Source: Bacteroidota bacterium (lineage in GTDB: Bacteria; Bacteroidota; Bacteroidia; Flavobacteriales_D; JABDKJ01). Taken from it: a DNA stretch of 63,580 nt. The DNA is taken from contig JBCCIF010000004.1 of the NCBI GenBank assembly GCA_039028335.1, forward strand, positions 1 through 63,580. Direction: 5' to 3'. Shown in pieces: positions 11,514 to 21,458 of this stretch. A program made the translations under genes and the position numbers. The first letter of the stretch is position 1; each line of letters opens with the position of its first letter. The notes under the pieces are model-generated. The model searched no databases, was not told the origin of the DNA, and saw only the letters and a program-made list of their open reading frames with translations.

Positions 11514-11725
11514 GCAAAGTTAATATTATCCATTATTCTGCCAATTTGGCAGTTCAATAATAATTGAATCAAAATGCAAAACACAAAAACCTCATTTTCA
11601 AATACTTATCTCCTGTTTTCAATTTAATTAAAAAAGGAAATTTGAAATCAAAGCAGAAGACCTAGGTCGAAGACAGCTTATTAATGTATTACTTTGCAGA
11701 GCGAAATGATTAAAATGTGATTTAG

Positions 11726-14017
11726 ATGGCGAAGAATTTGGTTATCGTTGAGTCTCCGGCAAAAGCAAAAACGATTGAAAAGTATTTAGGTAAGGAATTT
11801 CTGGTGAAATCCAGTTTTGGACATGTTCGAGATCTTGAGTCCAATAAACTCTCCATAGACGTTGAAAATAACTTTGAACCGACTTATGTTATTTCTGACG
11901 ACAAGAAAAAAGTCGTGTCCGAACTTGCAAAACTGGCTAAGGACGCAGAGATGATTTGGCTCGCAACTGATGAGGACCGCGAAGGAGAAGCAATATCATG
12001 GCATTTAGAAGAAGCTCTTGAACTAAAGCAAGATAAAACAAAAAGAATCACCTTCAATGAAATTACCAAAACAGCGGTTCTAAGGGCTATTGAAAATCCA
12101 AGGGAAATCAATCGTGATTTGGTCAATGCTCAACAAGCCCGAAGAGTTCTTGATCGATTGGTTGGTTTTGAACTCTCTCCTGTGTTATGGAGAAAAGTAA
12201 AACCTTCATTATCTGCTGGAAGGGTGCAATCTGTTGCTGTGCGTCTTATTGTTGAAAGAGAGCGTGAAATCATAGATTTTGAAAGCAAATCTTATTTTAA
12301 GGTTGTTGCTGAATTTGCCCCTGATGGCAAAAGCAAAATGAAAGCGGAACTCAATAAACGCTTTGACAATCAGAGCGAAGCAGAAGCCTTTGTCAAGGAT
12401 TGTAGTAATGCAGATTTCAAAATTGAGAACCTTGAAGTAAAGCCAGGTAAAAGAAGTCCAGCCGCACCATTTACTACTTCGACATTGCAGCAAGAAGCCT
12501 CTAGAAAACTTGGTTATTCAGTTGCCCAAACTATGGTCCAAGCCCAAAAATTATATGAAGCTGGTCTCATCACGTATATGCGAACAGACAGTGTCAATTT
12601 ATCGGACACGGCTCTTAATGCATCGAAGGCTGCAATCATCGATAAGTTTGGAGAAAATTATTCCAATACTAAAAAATACAGTTCGAAAACAAAAGGAGCA
12701 CAGGAAGCTCACGAAGCGATACGACCAACTGATTTCAATTTACAGTCCGTTGACAGTGATCAGTCTCGACTGTATGACCTCATTTGGAAAAGAACCGTAG
12801 CTAGTCAAATGAGTGAAGCACAATTGGAACGAACTACGGTTACAATTGATATTTCAAATCGAGAAGAAAAATTTGTAGCAAAAGGAGAGGTAATCAAGTT
12901 TGACGGTTTCCTTAAACTATATATTGAATCGAATGATGACGAAGAGGATGACGAAAACTCGGGAATGCTACCTCCCTTAACGATAGAACAAAAACTGGAA
13001 CACTCGCTGATTTCTGCAACGGAAAGGTTTACAAAACACCCTCCTCGATTCACAGAAGCAAGTCTGGTTAAGAAACTTGAAGAATTAGGAATTGGTAGGC
13101 CATCTACTTATGCACCGACAATCTCTACTATTCAGAAAAGACAATATGTTCTTAAAGAGAGTCGTGAAGGAAATGAGCGCAAGTACACCGTTATAAGCCT
13201 AAATGGTCAAGTAAGCATCGACTCAAAAACAGAAATTACAGGTGCCGAGAAAAACAAAATGTTCCCTACTGATATTGGCTTGGTTGTAAATGATTTCTTG
13301 GTTCAACATTTTAAATCTATTCTAAGCTATGATTTCACAGCGAATGTGGAAAAGGAGTTTGATGAAATTGCGAACGGTCAGAAACAATGGATTGAGATGA
13401 TTAAAAAATTCTACAGTCCATTTCATGAGATCGTAGAAGACACCTTAGAAAATTCTGAAAGAGCGAAAGGAGAAAGACATTTAGGAGAAGATCCAAAGAG
13501 TGGAAGAAAAGTGTTTGCCCGAATTGGTAGATTCGGGCCTATGATTCAAATTGGTGAAAGAGAGGAAGAAGAAAAGCCAAAATTTGCATCGCTTTTAAAG
13601 GACCAATCTATAACTACAATTACTCTCGAAGAAGCGTTGGACTTATTCAAATTACCGAGAGATTTAGGCGAATTTGAAGGAGACGAAGTAGCAGCCGGAA
13701 TAGGTCGCTATGGGCCATTCGTGAGATTTGGCAAGTCATTTGTTTCAATAACCAAAGACAAGGATTTTACGGCTTATGACATTACGCTAGATCAAGCAAT
13801 TGAATTAATAAAAGCAAAAAAAGAGGCAGATAAAAATAAGTTCATAGCCGAATTTCCCGAAAAAGAAATATTCGTTTTGAATGGGCGTTACGGTCCCTAT
13901 ATCAAAGCAGGGAAAAAGAATGTTAAAATCCCAAAAGGAACAGATCCAAAATCCTTGACCTTAGAAGATTGCGAAAAAATTGTCGAAGAGGCACTCAATG
14001 CAAAAAAGAAAAAGTAG
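11726..14017 (+). CDS. topA: DNA topoisomerase I
   Basis: Toprim domain (LVIVESPAKAKTI, TDEDREGE), catalytic region (ITYMRTDS) and zinc-less C-terminal repeats (GRFGPMIQ, GRYGPFVRF, GRYGPYIKAG). Confidence 0.97.
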   Translation: MAKNLVIVESPAKAKTIEKYLGKEFLVKSSFGHVRDLESNKLSIDVENNFEPTYVISDDKKKVVSELAKLAKDAEMIWLATDEDREGEAISWHLEEALELKQDKTKRITFNEITKTAVLRAIENPREINRDLVNAQQARRVLDRLVGFELSPVLWRKVKPSLSAGRVQSVAVRLIVEREREIIDFESKSYFKVVAEFAPDGKSKMKAELNKRFDNQSEAEAFVKDCSNADFKIENLEVKPGKRSPAAPFTTSTLQQEASRKLGYSVAQTMVQAQKLYEAGLITYMRTDSVNLSDTALNASKAAIIDKFGENYSNTKKYSSKTKGAQEAHEAIRPTDFNLQSVDSDQSRLYDLIWKRTVASQMSEAQLERTTVTIDISNREEKFVAKGEVIKFDGFLKLYIESNDDEEDDENSGMLPPLTIEQKLEHSLISATERFTKHPPRFTEASLVKKLEELGIGRPSTYAPTISTIQKRQYVLKESREGNERKYTVISLNGQVSIDSKTEITGAEKNKMFPTDIGLVVNDFLVQHFKSILSYDFTANVEKEFDEIANGQKQWIEMIKKFYSPFHEIVEDTLENSERAKGERHLGEDPKSGRKVFARIGRFGPMIQIGEREEEEKPKFASLLKDQSITTITLEEALDLFKLPRDLGEFEGDEVAAGIGRYGPFVRFGKSFVSITKDKDFTAYDITLDQAIELIKAKKEADKNKFIAEFPEKEIFVLNGRYGPYIKAGKKNVKIPKGTDPKSLTLEDCEKIVEEALNAKKKK

Positions 14018-15187
14018 ATGAAAGAATTTGCCTCTTATTTTGAACCCATTGATATTGAACGTCTTCGGTCTGCTGTAAAACCAAGATCCTTATTTTTTGA
14101 AACGAAATTTAATGGTGAAGAAGGCTTGCCAGAATTAGATGATTGTCAGATCGCTATAATTGGAATTCAGGAAGGACGAAATTGCGAAGACAACAGAGGT
14201 TGCGAGCATGGAGCAATGTCTATTCGACAAGAACTCTATTCACTTTATAGATCGGACCATAGATTAAATCTGGTGGACTTGGGCAATTTAAAAAATGGAA
14301 AAGAGATTTCTGATACCATTGCCGCCATTTCGACTATTACTGGAGAGCTAATCAAACGTAAAATTGTTCCTGTTTTTATTGGAGGACCGCAATTTGCGAC
14401 ATTCGGAATTTATAAAGCATTTGCCGCTATTGAGAAAGCTGTAAATATCACTTCAATTGATCCCAAGTTGGATTTAGGACTTCTCGACACCGAATTAAAA
14501 AGTGATTCTTATTTGAGCAGAATAATAATGGGCGAACCCAGTTACTTATTCAATTATATAAATCTTGGATACCAAACTTATCTCACAGAGCCTCATCAAA
14601 TCAAATTGATGGACCGCATGCACTTTGAAACGTATCGACTAGGAGAAATTGCTCAAAATATTCCGGATACAGAACCCTTATTGAGAACCAGTGATATCGT
14701 ATCTTTTGATATGAGTGCAATTCGAATGAGTGATAACCCTGCAAATCACCGTGCTTTGCCCAATGGACTTTATGGTGAACAAGCCTGTCAAATGATGCGC
14801 TATGCCGGATTGAATGAAAATTTGAAGGCATTGGGAATATTTGAATATAATCCTGCTTTCGATCTGCGTGGGCAATCAGCACAGTTGATCGCAGAAATGA
14901 TTTGGTGCTTTGCAGAAGCCTTAATCTCAAGAGTAAAGGACATTCCAAAAATGTCAAAGAACAATTTCCTTCAATATAAAGTGAATGTAAAAGATCAAAC
15001 AAACATCACTTTTTACAAAAGCAAACTCACTGACCGCTGGTGGATGGAGGTCCCTTACCCAGCAAAAAAGAACGAGTCTTATAAGAAGAACGAATTAATT
15101 CCTTGTACTTATCAAGAATATGAATCAGCGTCCGAAGCAGAGATCCCTTTGAGATGGTGGAAATCTTTTCAAAGACTGAGCAATTAA
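14018..15187 (+). CDS. Arginase/formimidoylglutamase-fold protein with degenerate metal-binding motifs
   Basis: Ureohydrolase-like layout, but the canonical motifs read IGGPQF (versus GGDHS), SIDPKLD (versus DAHxD) and SFDMSAI (versus SxDxD). There is a ~90 aa C-terminal extension. The ATG directly follows the topA stop. Confidence 0.7.
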   Translation: MKEFASYFEPIDIERLRSAVKPRSLFFETKFNGEEGLPELDDCQIAIIGIQEGRNCEDNRGCEHGAMSIRQELYSLYRSDHRLNLVDLGNLKNGKEISDTIAAISTITGELIKRKIVPVFIGGPQFATFGIYKAFAAIEKAVNITSIDPKLDLGLLDTELKSDSYLSRIIMGEPSYLFNYINLGYQTYLTEPHQIKLMDRMHFETYRLGEIAQNIPDTEPLLRTSDIVSFDMSAIRMSDNPANHRALPNGLYGEQACQMMRYAGLNENLKALGIFEYNPAFDLRGQSAQLIAEMIWCFAEALISRVKDIPKMSKNNFLQYKVNVKDQTNITFYKSKLTDRWWMEVPYPAKKNESYKKNELIPCTYQEYESASEAEIPLRWWKSFQRLSN

Positions 15188-15340
15188 TTTTTTTTGCATT
15201 CCAATAAATTGCCATTATACCCACAGAGCGCTATCGAAAAAATTTTTCGTTAGAATAAGAATTTGATTATTTTAGTCCCCTACTTAAGGTTAAAGTTCTC
15301 TAAAAATGAGGACTTTACTACTTTAAATACGAGATCATTT

Positions 15341-16273
15341 ATGAAGAGATTATTCGCTTTAGCACTTGTTTTTATTGGGTTGCAACAAATGTGCGCTCAA
15401 CAAGATTTTCAATTCACTCAATTTATGTTTGATCGTTTGTCAATTAATCCTGGTGTTGCAGGATCTGTGGACAATTCGATTTGTGCAACCCTTTTGGGCA
15501 GACAGCAATGGTCTGGTTTTGACAATGCACCTCGAACAGGTTTATTGAATGCACATGGGCAAATTCCAAGATGGAAGAGTGGAATTGGAGTCTCTTTATT
15601 CTTTGATGAATTGGGTCAAGAGCAAAACACTGTTGCCAGATTGCATTATGCATATCATTTGCAAAACGTACTCAATGGAAAACTCGGAATTGGCGTATCG
15701 GCTGGTTATTTATCCAAGTCATTGGGTAATAATTGGGTCGCTATCGATCCAGTTATGGGAGATCCTTTAATACCTCAAGAAGCGACTAGCGCTGGAATCA
15801 TGGATTTCAGCTTCGGACTATATTATTATACCTCAAAATTCTATTTGGGATTATCATCTACACATTTAAGTGAGGGAGATATTGAAGATGTGAATATTTC
15901 TGCTGCGCGCCACTATTGGTTGCAAACGGGATATACACATAGCCTAAATAGTGACTTTGACTTAAATCCAAATGTGATTGTTAAGACGGACGCTGCAGCT
16001 ACCTCAGTAGACGTCAACTTAACGGCCATATATCAAAACACGTTTTGGTTTGGAGTTTCTTACCGAACAGAAGATGCTATTGCACCTATGCTCGGATATC
16101 AAACTCCTTTGCAAGACGGAAAATCAATGTTGAAAGTAGGATACAGTTATGATGTGAACACTTCTCTCTTAGCAGATTTCAGTAGCGGAGGGCATGAATT
16201 AATGGTTAACTATTGTCTAAAATTGGAGAAACCACTTCCACCGAGAATATTCAAGGATCCGCGTTTCTTGTAA
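15341..16273 (+). CDS. PorP/SprF-family type IX secretion system membrane protein
   Basis: Signal peptide (MKRLFALALVFIGLQQMCAQQ), then the family-typical QFTQFMFDRLSINPGVAG. The position directly upstream of gldK matches the porP-porKLMN arrangement. The start was moved to the ATG at 15341. Confidence 0.8.
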   Translation: MKRLFALALVFIGLQQMCAQQDFQFTQFMFDRLSINPGVAGSVDNSICATLLGRQQWSGFDNAPRTGLLNAHGQIPRWKSGIGVSLFFDELGQEQNTVARLHYAYHLQNVLNGKLGIGVSAGYLSKSLGNNWVAIDPVMGDPLIPQEATSAGIMDFSFGLYYYTSKFYLGLSSTHLSEGDIEDVNISAARHYWLQTGYTHSLNSDFDLNPNVIVKTDAAATSVDVNLTAIYQNTFWFGVSYRTEDAIAPMLGYQTPLQDGKSMLKVGYSYDVNTSLLADFSSGGHELMVNYCLKLEKPLPPRIFKDPRFL

Positions 16274-16364
16274 AATTTGACCATGTAACCTTTACCTAAC
16301 AATCCCGTTAATAATCATGAAAACAGAGAATCCACGAACCTGGTATACTGTCTATTCAACTAAT

Positions 16365-17732
16365 ATGAAAATAAACCTGTTTGGTATGAGAAACTTATTT
16401 ATTGCTTTCTCGGCTTTAACTCTTTTTGCTTCATGTGGCAGTGGAGATCGAGGAGAATTGATCGGGGCTTTCCCAAGGGAGGAGTTCGTTCAAGTCAATC
16501 CTTATGGAATGAACTATATTCATTTTGGTAGCTATGTCATGGGGCCGAGCGATCAGGATGTGCCTTATGCACATACGGCAAGGTCTAAAACCGTGTCCGT
16601 TCAAGCCTTTTATATTGACGATACAGAAATCACGAACAATGAATACAGACAATTTGTTTGGTGGGTTCGCGATTCAATCGCTCATAGAGTCTTAGGTGAA
16701 GCCGACATAGGAGAACATGTCTTTGAAGAAGATCAATACGGAGAAGAACTTGATCCGCCAAGAATCAATTGGAGAGAACGTATCGAGTGGAATGAAGAGG
16801 AAGAAAGAGAAGAGCTCGCGGATATGTTTTATTCAGAAAGTGAGCGCTTCTACGGAAGAAAAGAAATTGATACCCGAAAATTGAAATTCGAGTATTATTG
16901 GATAGATCTTCAAGCTGCTTCGCGAAAGCCTGGAAGAGATGTCTTTTCAAATCCAAACAAAAAAGGTCAAGACAGTCCGATTTTAGGACATGTAGACCGT
17001 TCTCAGTTCATTATTAAGGAGACAATTCAAATCTATCCAGATACCTTATGCTGGATGCACGATTTCACGTATTCTTACAATGAACCAATGACAGAATCCT
17101 ATTTCTGGCATCCTGCATACGATGATTATCCTTTGGTTGGAATTACATGGACGCAAGCAAAAGCCTTTACAGTATGGAGAACCCGTTTATTGAATGGGTG
17201 GCTTCAAAGCAGAGGACAGACTTTTGTGCAGAAGTTTAGATTACCGACTGAAGCAGAATGGGAATATGCGGCAAGAGGAGGACTGGATTTGAACCCTTAT
17301 CCATGGGGTGGACCTTATGTAAGAAATGTTTTAGGATGTCCTTTAGCCAATTACAAACCACTTAGAGGAGATTATGTAGAAGACAATGGATTCCATACGG
17401 TCCCTGTTACTTCTTATGAGCCCAACGATTATGGTTTGTACTGCATGGCAGGTAATGTTGCTGAATGGACCTCTACTGCATATGATGAATCGGTTTATGA
17501 CTTTGCGCATGACCTGAATCCAGAATACACTTATGATGCACTGGCAGATGATCCACCGGCATTAAAAAGAAAGGTTATTAGAGGTGGATCTTGGAAAGAT
17601 ATTGGTTACTATATCCAGAATGGAACCCGAACGTATGAATATCAAGACACTTCAAAATCTTACATTGGATTCAGATGTGTAATGAGCTACTTAGGCAGAG
17701 GAAAAGCGGGAGATCCAGAAGATTGGAACTAG
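16365..17732 (+). CDS. gldK: Gliding motility/T9SS lipoprotein GldK (PorK)
   Basis: Lipoprotein signal (LTLFASCGSG) and an FGE/sulfatase-modifying-factor-like domain (WEYAARGG, RGGSWKD). Synteny with gldLMN supports the call. The start was moved to the ATG at 16365. Confidence 0.9.
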   Translation: MKINLFGMRNLFIAFSALTLFASCGSGDRGELIGAFPREEFVQVNPYGMNYIHFGSYVMGPSDQDVPYAHTARSKTVSVQAFYIDDTEITNNEYRQFVWWVRDSIAHRVLGEADIGEHVFEEDQYGEELDPPRINWRERIEWNEEEEREELADMFYSESERFYGRKEIDTRKLKFEYYWIDLQAASRKPGRDVFSNPNKKGQDSPILGHVDRSQFIIKETIQIYPDTLCWMHDFTYSYNEPMTESYFWHPAYDDYPLVGITWTQAKAFTVWRTRLLNGWLQSRGQTFVQKFRLPTEAEWEYAARGGLDLNPYPWGGPYVRNVLGCPLANYKPLRGDYVEDNGFHTVPVTSYEPNDYGLYCMAGNVAEWTSTAYDESVYDFAHDLNPEYTYDALADDPPALKRKVIRGGSWKDIGYYIQNGTRTYEYQDTSKSYIGFRCVMSYLGRGKAGDPEDWN

Positions 17733-17784
17733 AAAAATTTAGTTATAAAAGGAAAGTTTAATTCAATTTTAATTTTAGAAAATT

Positions 17785-18582
17785 ATGAAACCAGGGAGTA
17801 AAAAATGGAAAAAGTTTATGGCGAAGCTCTACGGAATTGGAGCATCAGTTGTAATCATTGGAGCGTTGTTTAAAATTCAGCACTGGAAAGGTGCGGATAT
17901 CATGTTGATTCTAGGTCTTGGAACCGAAGCAATCATCTTCTTTTTCTCAGCTTTTGAACCTATTCACGAAGAGTATGACTGGTCTTTAGTATATCCTGAA
18001 CTGGCAACAGGAGAGCATGCTGATGAGTCTTCAAGAGCTTTGACAACAGGTGGTTCTATTACGGAACAACTGGACACTATGCTCGAGGAAGCCAAAATTG
18101 AACCAGAATTACTGGCGAGTTTAGGTGAAGGAATGAGAAACTTAAGTACTCAAGCTGGTCAATTAAATGACTTTGCAGACGCATCTGTTGCAACAAGCAC
18201 TTATGTGGACACTGTAAATTCTGCTTCTCAATCAATGTCGACATTAACCGATTCATATTCTCAAGCTGCAGAAGCTATTGCAGGAATTGCAAATGCAAAT
18301 GATGCAGGAAGTAATGCCGGTGAGCAATTATCTATCATGTCAAATAATTTGATGGAATTGAATAGCGTTTATGAAATGCAATTGAATTCAACAAAAGAGA
18401 AAATGGCTCAGTCAAATGAAATATTTGAAGGAATCAACAACATGATGAATACATTGAATGAATCTGTTGAAGACACCAGAAGATATAAAGATGGTATGGC
18501 CGAGTTGTCTAGAAATCTAAGCAGCTTAAATACGGTATACGGTAACATGCTTTCTGCCATGAACGTTGGCAATAACGGATAA
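17785..18582 (+). CDS. gldL: Gliding motility/T9SS motor protein GldL (PorL)
   Basis: The N-terminal two-TM region (LYGIGASVVIIGALFKIQHW...LGLGTEAIIFFFSAFEP) is typical of GldL. Synteny supports the call. Confidence 0.88.
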   Translation: MKPGSKKWKKFMAKLYGIGASVVIIGALFKIQHWKGADIMLILGLGTEAIIFFFSAFEPIHEEYDWSLVYPELATGEHADESSRALTTGGSITEQLDTMLEEAKIEPELLASLGEGMRNLSTQAGQLNDFADASVATSTYVDTVNSASQSMSTLTDSYSQAAEAIAGIANANDAGSNAGEQLSIMSNNLMELNSVYEMQLNSTKEKMAQSNEIFEGINNMMNTLNESVEDTRRYKDGMAELSRNLSSLNTVYGNMLSAMNVGNNG

Positions 18583-18611
18583 GATAATTTATTAATCCTT
18601 AATCTATAACA

Positions 18612-20285
18612 ATGGCAGGAGGTAAATTATCACCACGGCAGCAAATGATCAACATGATGTATCTCGTGTTGACGGCTCTTTTGGCAATGAATGTTTCCAA
18701 AGAAATATTGGATTCATTTATTACAATAAACAAAGGACAGGAAACTACAAGGAAAGCTTTCGAAGGAAAGCTTTCTCAACAATATGGAACCTTCCAATCT
18801 CTAGCTCAAGAGAATCCTAAAAAGTACGGAGATCCAAATGCTAAGGCCCAAAAAGTGAAGGCTGCGGCTGATGAAATTGTATTGCATATCAATAAGATAA
18901 AAGCAAAATGCATCGCGGAGACCGAAGGCTTGCCTATAGATTCCGTTCTTAATCCAAACACAGGAGCTTTATTAAAAGGTGTTGAGGACATTAAGTCGAA
19001 AGACAACTACGATGTCAATACCAATTTAATGATTGGTTCCGAACCCGCTTCTCCAGCTACAGACGATGATGTAGATGGCAATAACTATCGTGCAATCGTT
19101 TTGAAGCAGAAGTTGATGGATTATGCGAACATCGTGAAAAATGAATTAGGAAAAGATCAAGAAGGAGAAAAGCTGAAGGCTTCCATTACCGAATTGTTTA
19201 ATTTTTCTACTACAGTTGACAGTGAAGGTGATAGTACAAAATGGGAAACATTGAATTTTTATCATGTGCCATTGGCAGCTACTACTTCGATTTTATCGAA
19301 ACTTCAATCGGATATTCGAAATGCAGAATCTGATGCCATTGGTTATATGTTTGCCGATGTAGAAAAATCTTCTTACAAATTCACAGAATTGGTAAGTGCG
19401 GTGATTCCTCAATCGACAAACGTTACTACTGGTGCTAGCTATGAGGCCGATGTATTCTTAGCGGCATATGACGGACAAAACGTTCCAACAATTCAATTGG
19501 GTAAACCGGGTGTGAAATACGACTCGATTGCTGGACAACTGAAGGGAGAATTCGACATCTTGGAAATGGATGGGACTAAAGGAAAAGTTCAATTACCAGG
19601 ATCTTCTCTTGGACCTCAACACCGGGAAGGATGCATCATCTTTACTCCAGTTGGAGGTCAACCAGTAGTTCGTGGATTTGCATTGGATTACAATGTGGTT
19701 GCTCCTACTCTAGTGGTTTCACCTACGAAGATGAACGTATTTTATCGAGGTGTAGATAACCCTGTTAGCGTTGGTGTGCCTGGTTTTACGGACAAAGATG
19801 TGACTGCCTCATGTGAAGGTTGTCAAATCACGAAGGCCTCTGACGGTTATATGGTTCGAGTGAATCAAGGAACTGAAGCAAAAATATATGCTACAGCTAC
19901 TTTACCTGATGGTGGAACAAAGCGTCTGGGACCAGCTAGTTTTAGAATTAAATCTGTTCCAGATCCAGTTCCCCAGTTTGCTGGAAAAGGTGCTGGAGAT
20001 GCTGTGGTTAAAAAAGCAGAGTTAACAGCAGCACAAGGTGTTATCGCCAAAATGAAAGATTTTGAATTCGACTTGAAGTTTACTGTTACTCAATTTAAAA
20101 TGGGTATGGTAATCGGTGGTCAATATGTTGAGCAGACTTCGAAAAGTAATCGTGTTACTGCTGACATGAAAACCATGATGAAGAAAGCCAAGAGAGGACA
20201 AAAAGTATTCATTGAAGGAATCAAAGCAAAGGGACCTGACGGGAAAGTCAGAAACCTTGGTAGTTTAGCCTTTAAAGTAAATTAA
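18612..20285 (+). CDS. gldM: Gliding motility/T9SS protein GldM (PorM)
   Basis: The N-terminus (MAGGKLSPRQQMINMMYLVLTALLAMNVSKEIL) is near-identical in pattern to characterised GldM. Synteny supports the call. Confidence 0.92.
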   Translation: MAGGKLSPRQQMINMMYLVLTALLAMNVSKEILDSFITINKGQETTRKAFEGKLSQQYGTFQSLAQENPKKYGDPNAKAQKVKAAADEIVLHINKIKAKCIAETEGLPIDSVLNPNTGALLKGVEDIKSKDNYDVNTNLMIGSEPASPATDDDVDGNNYRAIVLKQKLMDYANIVKNELGKDQEGEKLKASITELFNFSTTVDSEGDSTKWETLNFYHVPLAATTSILSKLQSDIRNAESDAIGYMFADVEKSSYKFTELVSAVIPQSTNVTTGASYEADVFLAAYDGQNVPTIQLGKPGVKYDSIAGQLKGEFDILEMDGTKGKVQLPGSSLGPQHREGCIIFTPVGGQPVVRGFALDYNVVAPTLVVSPTKMNVFYRGVDNPVSVGVPGFTDKDVTASCEGCQITKASDGYMVRVNQGTEAKIYATATLPDGGTKRLGPASFRIKSVPDPVPQFAGKGAGDAVVKKAELTAAQGVIAKMKDFEFDLKFTVTQFKMGMVIGGQYVEQTSKSNRVTADMKTMMKKAKRGQKVFIEGIKAKGPDGKVRNLGSLAFKVN

Positions 20286-20291
20286 GATAAA

Positions 20292-21146
20292 ATGAAAAAA
20301 GCAATCATTTCAGTACTGACCTTGATCTTTTGTATGCCAATTTTCAATGAATTGGATGCACAGAATGTATTGGATGGTCCTTACATCAAGGAACATACTT
20401 TAACAAGAAGAGTAGTGCCATATCCGCACTTAAGGGAAGCTGATGTGATGTGGAGTAAGCGAATTTGGCAAGTGATCGATCTAAAAGAAAAAATCAATCA
20501 CCCGCTTTATTATCCTTTAGAAGAGATAAATAATAGAAAAAGTTTATTTCTAGTTATCAAGGAAGCGTTGCTTACTGATGGTTCTATCACTGCGTATAGC
20601 ACTGGAGCTTTAGGTAATGATGATGAGTTTAGAGAGCCCATGCTTCCCTCGGAAGTAGAAAATATCCTTTCTACTGTTGATACTTCATATACCGAAGATC
20701 TTGAAACGGGAGAACTGGTTCAAGTAATTCAAAATATCGATATTGAAACACAAGATGTGGTTCAATATAAATTGAAGGAAGATTGGTTCTTTGACAAGCA
20801 GAGATCAGAACGTTATGTCCGAATCATTGGACTAGCTCCAATGAGAGCGGTGTATGGCGAAGATGGTGAGTTCAGATCATATCAAGATATGTTCTGGTTG
20901 TACTTCCCAGAGTGTCGATATGTATTTGCCAATTATGATGTCTTCAATCGACAGAATGATGCTGAAAGGCGCTCTTTTGACGATATTTTCTGGAAGCGAC
21001 AATTCAATAGTTATATCGTCAAAGAATCCAATGTCTATGGCGATAGGGCAATTATTGAATACACAACTGGAATCGATGCATTGCTAGAAGCTGAGCGTAT
21101 TAAAGAAGAACTTTTCATTTTAGAACATGATCTCTGGTCATACTAA
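20292..21146 (+). CDS. gldN: Gliding motility/T9SS protein GldN (PorN)
   Basis: Signal peptide, GldN-like size and position immediately after gldM. Confidence 0.88.
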   Translation: MKKAIISVLTLIFCMPIFNELDAQNVLDGPYIKEHTLTRRVVPYPHLREADVMWSKRIWQVIDLKEKINHPLYYPLEEINNRKSLFLVIKEALLTDGSITAYSTGALGNDDEFREPMLPSEVENILSTVDTSYTEDLETGELVQVIQNIDIETQDVVQYKLKEDWFFDKQRSERYVRIIGLAPMRAVYGEDGEFRSYQDMFWLYFPECRYVFANYDVFNRQNDAERRSFDDIFWKRQFNSYIVKESNVYGDRAIIEYTTGIDALLEAERIKEELFILEHDLWSY

Positions 21147-21164
21147 AAGAAAGAATTGAATTAG

Positions 21165-21190
21165 AAAAAGGGGCCTTGAGCCCCTTTTTT
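21165..21190 (+). terminator. Rho-independent terminator of the gldKLMN operon
   Basis: GGGGC-CTTGA-GCCCC hairpin (21170-21184) flanked by an A-run and followed by TTTTTT. Confidence 0.8.
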
Positions 21191-21426
21191 ATTTTGATAA
21201 TCTAATTTTTTTAACAATTCATCGACTGTTTTAAGTAACTCATCCGGTTTTTATCCGTAAATGTATTTGGATAGGGAAAAACGTGTAGAGTGATGAGAGA
21301 GAGAGTGAGCCGACTAGAGCAGTGGGGAGATTTTGTGTTGTTGATTATGTTTTTCGCATCCGCTATAATAATCGACAAACTATTGGAGGTTATTTAATCC
21401 TATTATGGATGGGATACAAAAGATTA

Positions 21427-21455
21427 AAGCTTCATCGGGTAAACCGGTGAAGCTT
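21427..21455. terminator. Hairpin directly downstream of era (possible bidirectional terminator)
   Basis: A 12-bp stem (21427-21438 pairs with 21444-21455) abuts the era stop codon. T-rich stretches follow on both strands, and they are weaker on the minus strand. Confidence 0.45.
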
Positions 21456-21458
21456 TTC

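Noticed and set aside
14601-15224. Minus-strand ORFs (133, 65 and 65 aa) within the arginase-fold gene.
   Set aside because: They are antisense shadow ORFs whose translations lack any motif.
21295-21305. A short (GA)n microsatellite-like run in the gldN-era spacer.
   Set aside because: It has only ~5-6 units and no flanking repeat structure, so it is not a meaningful repeat element.
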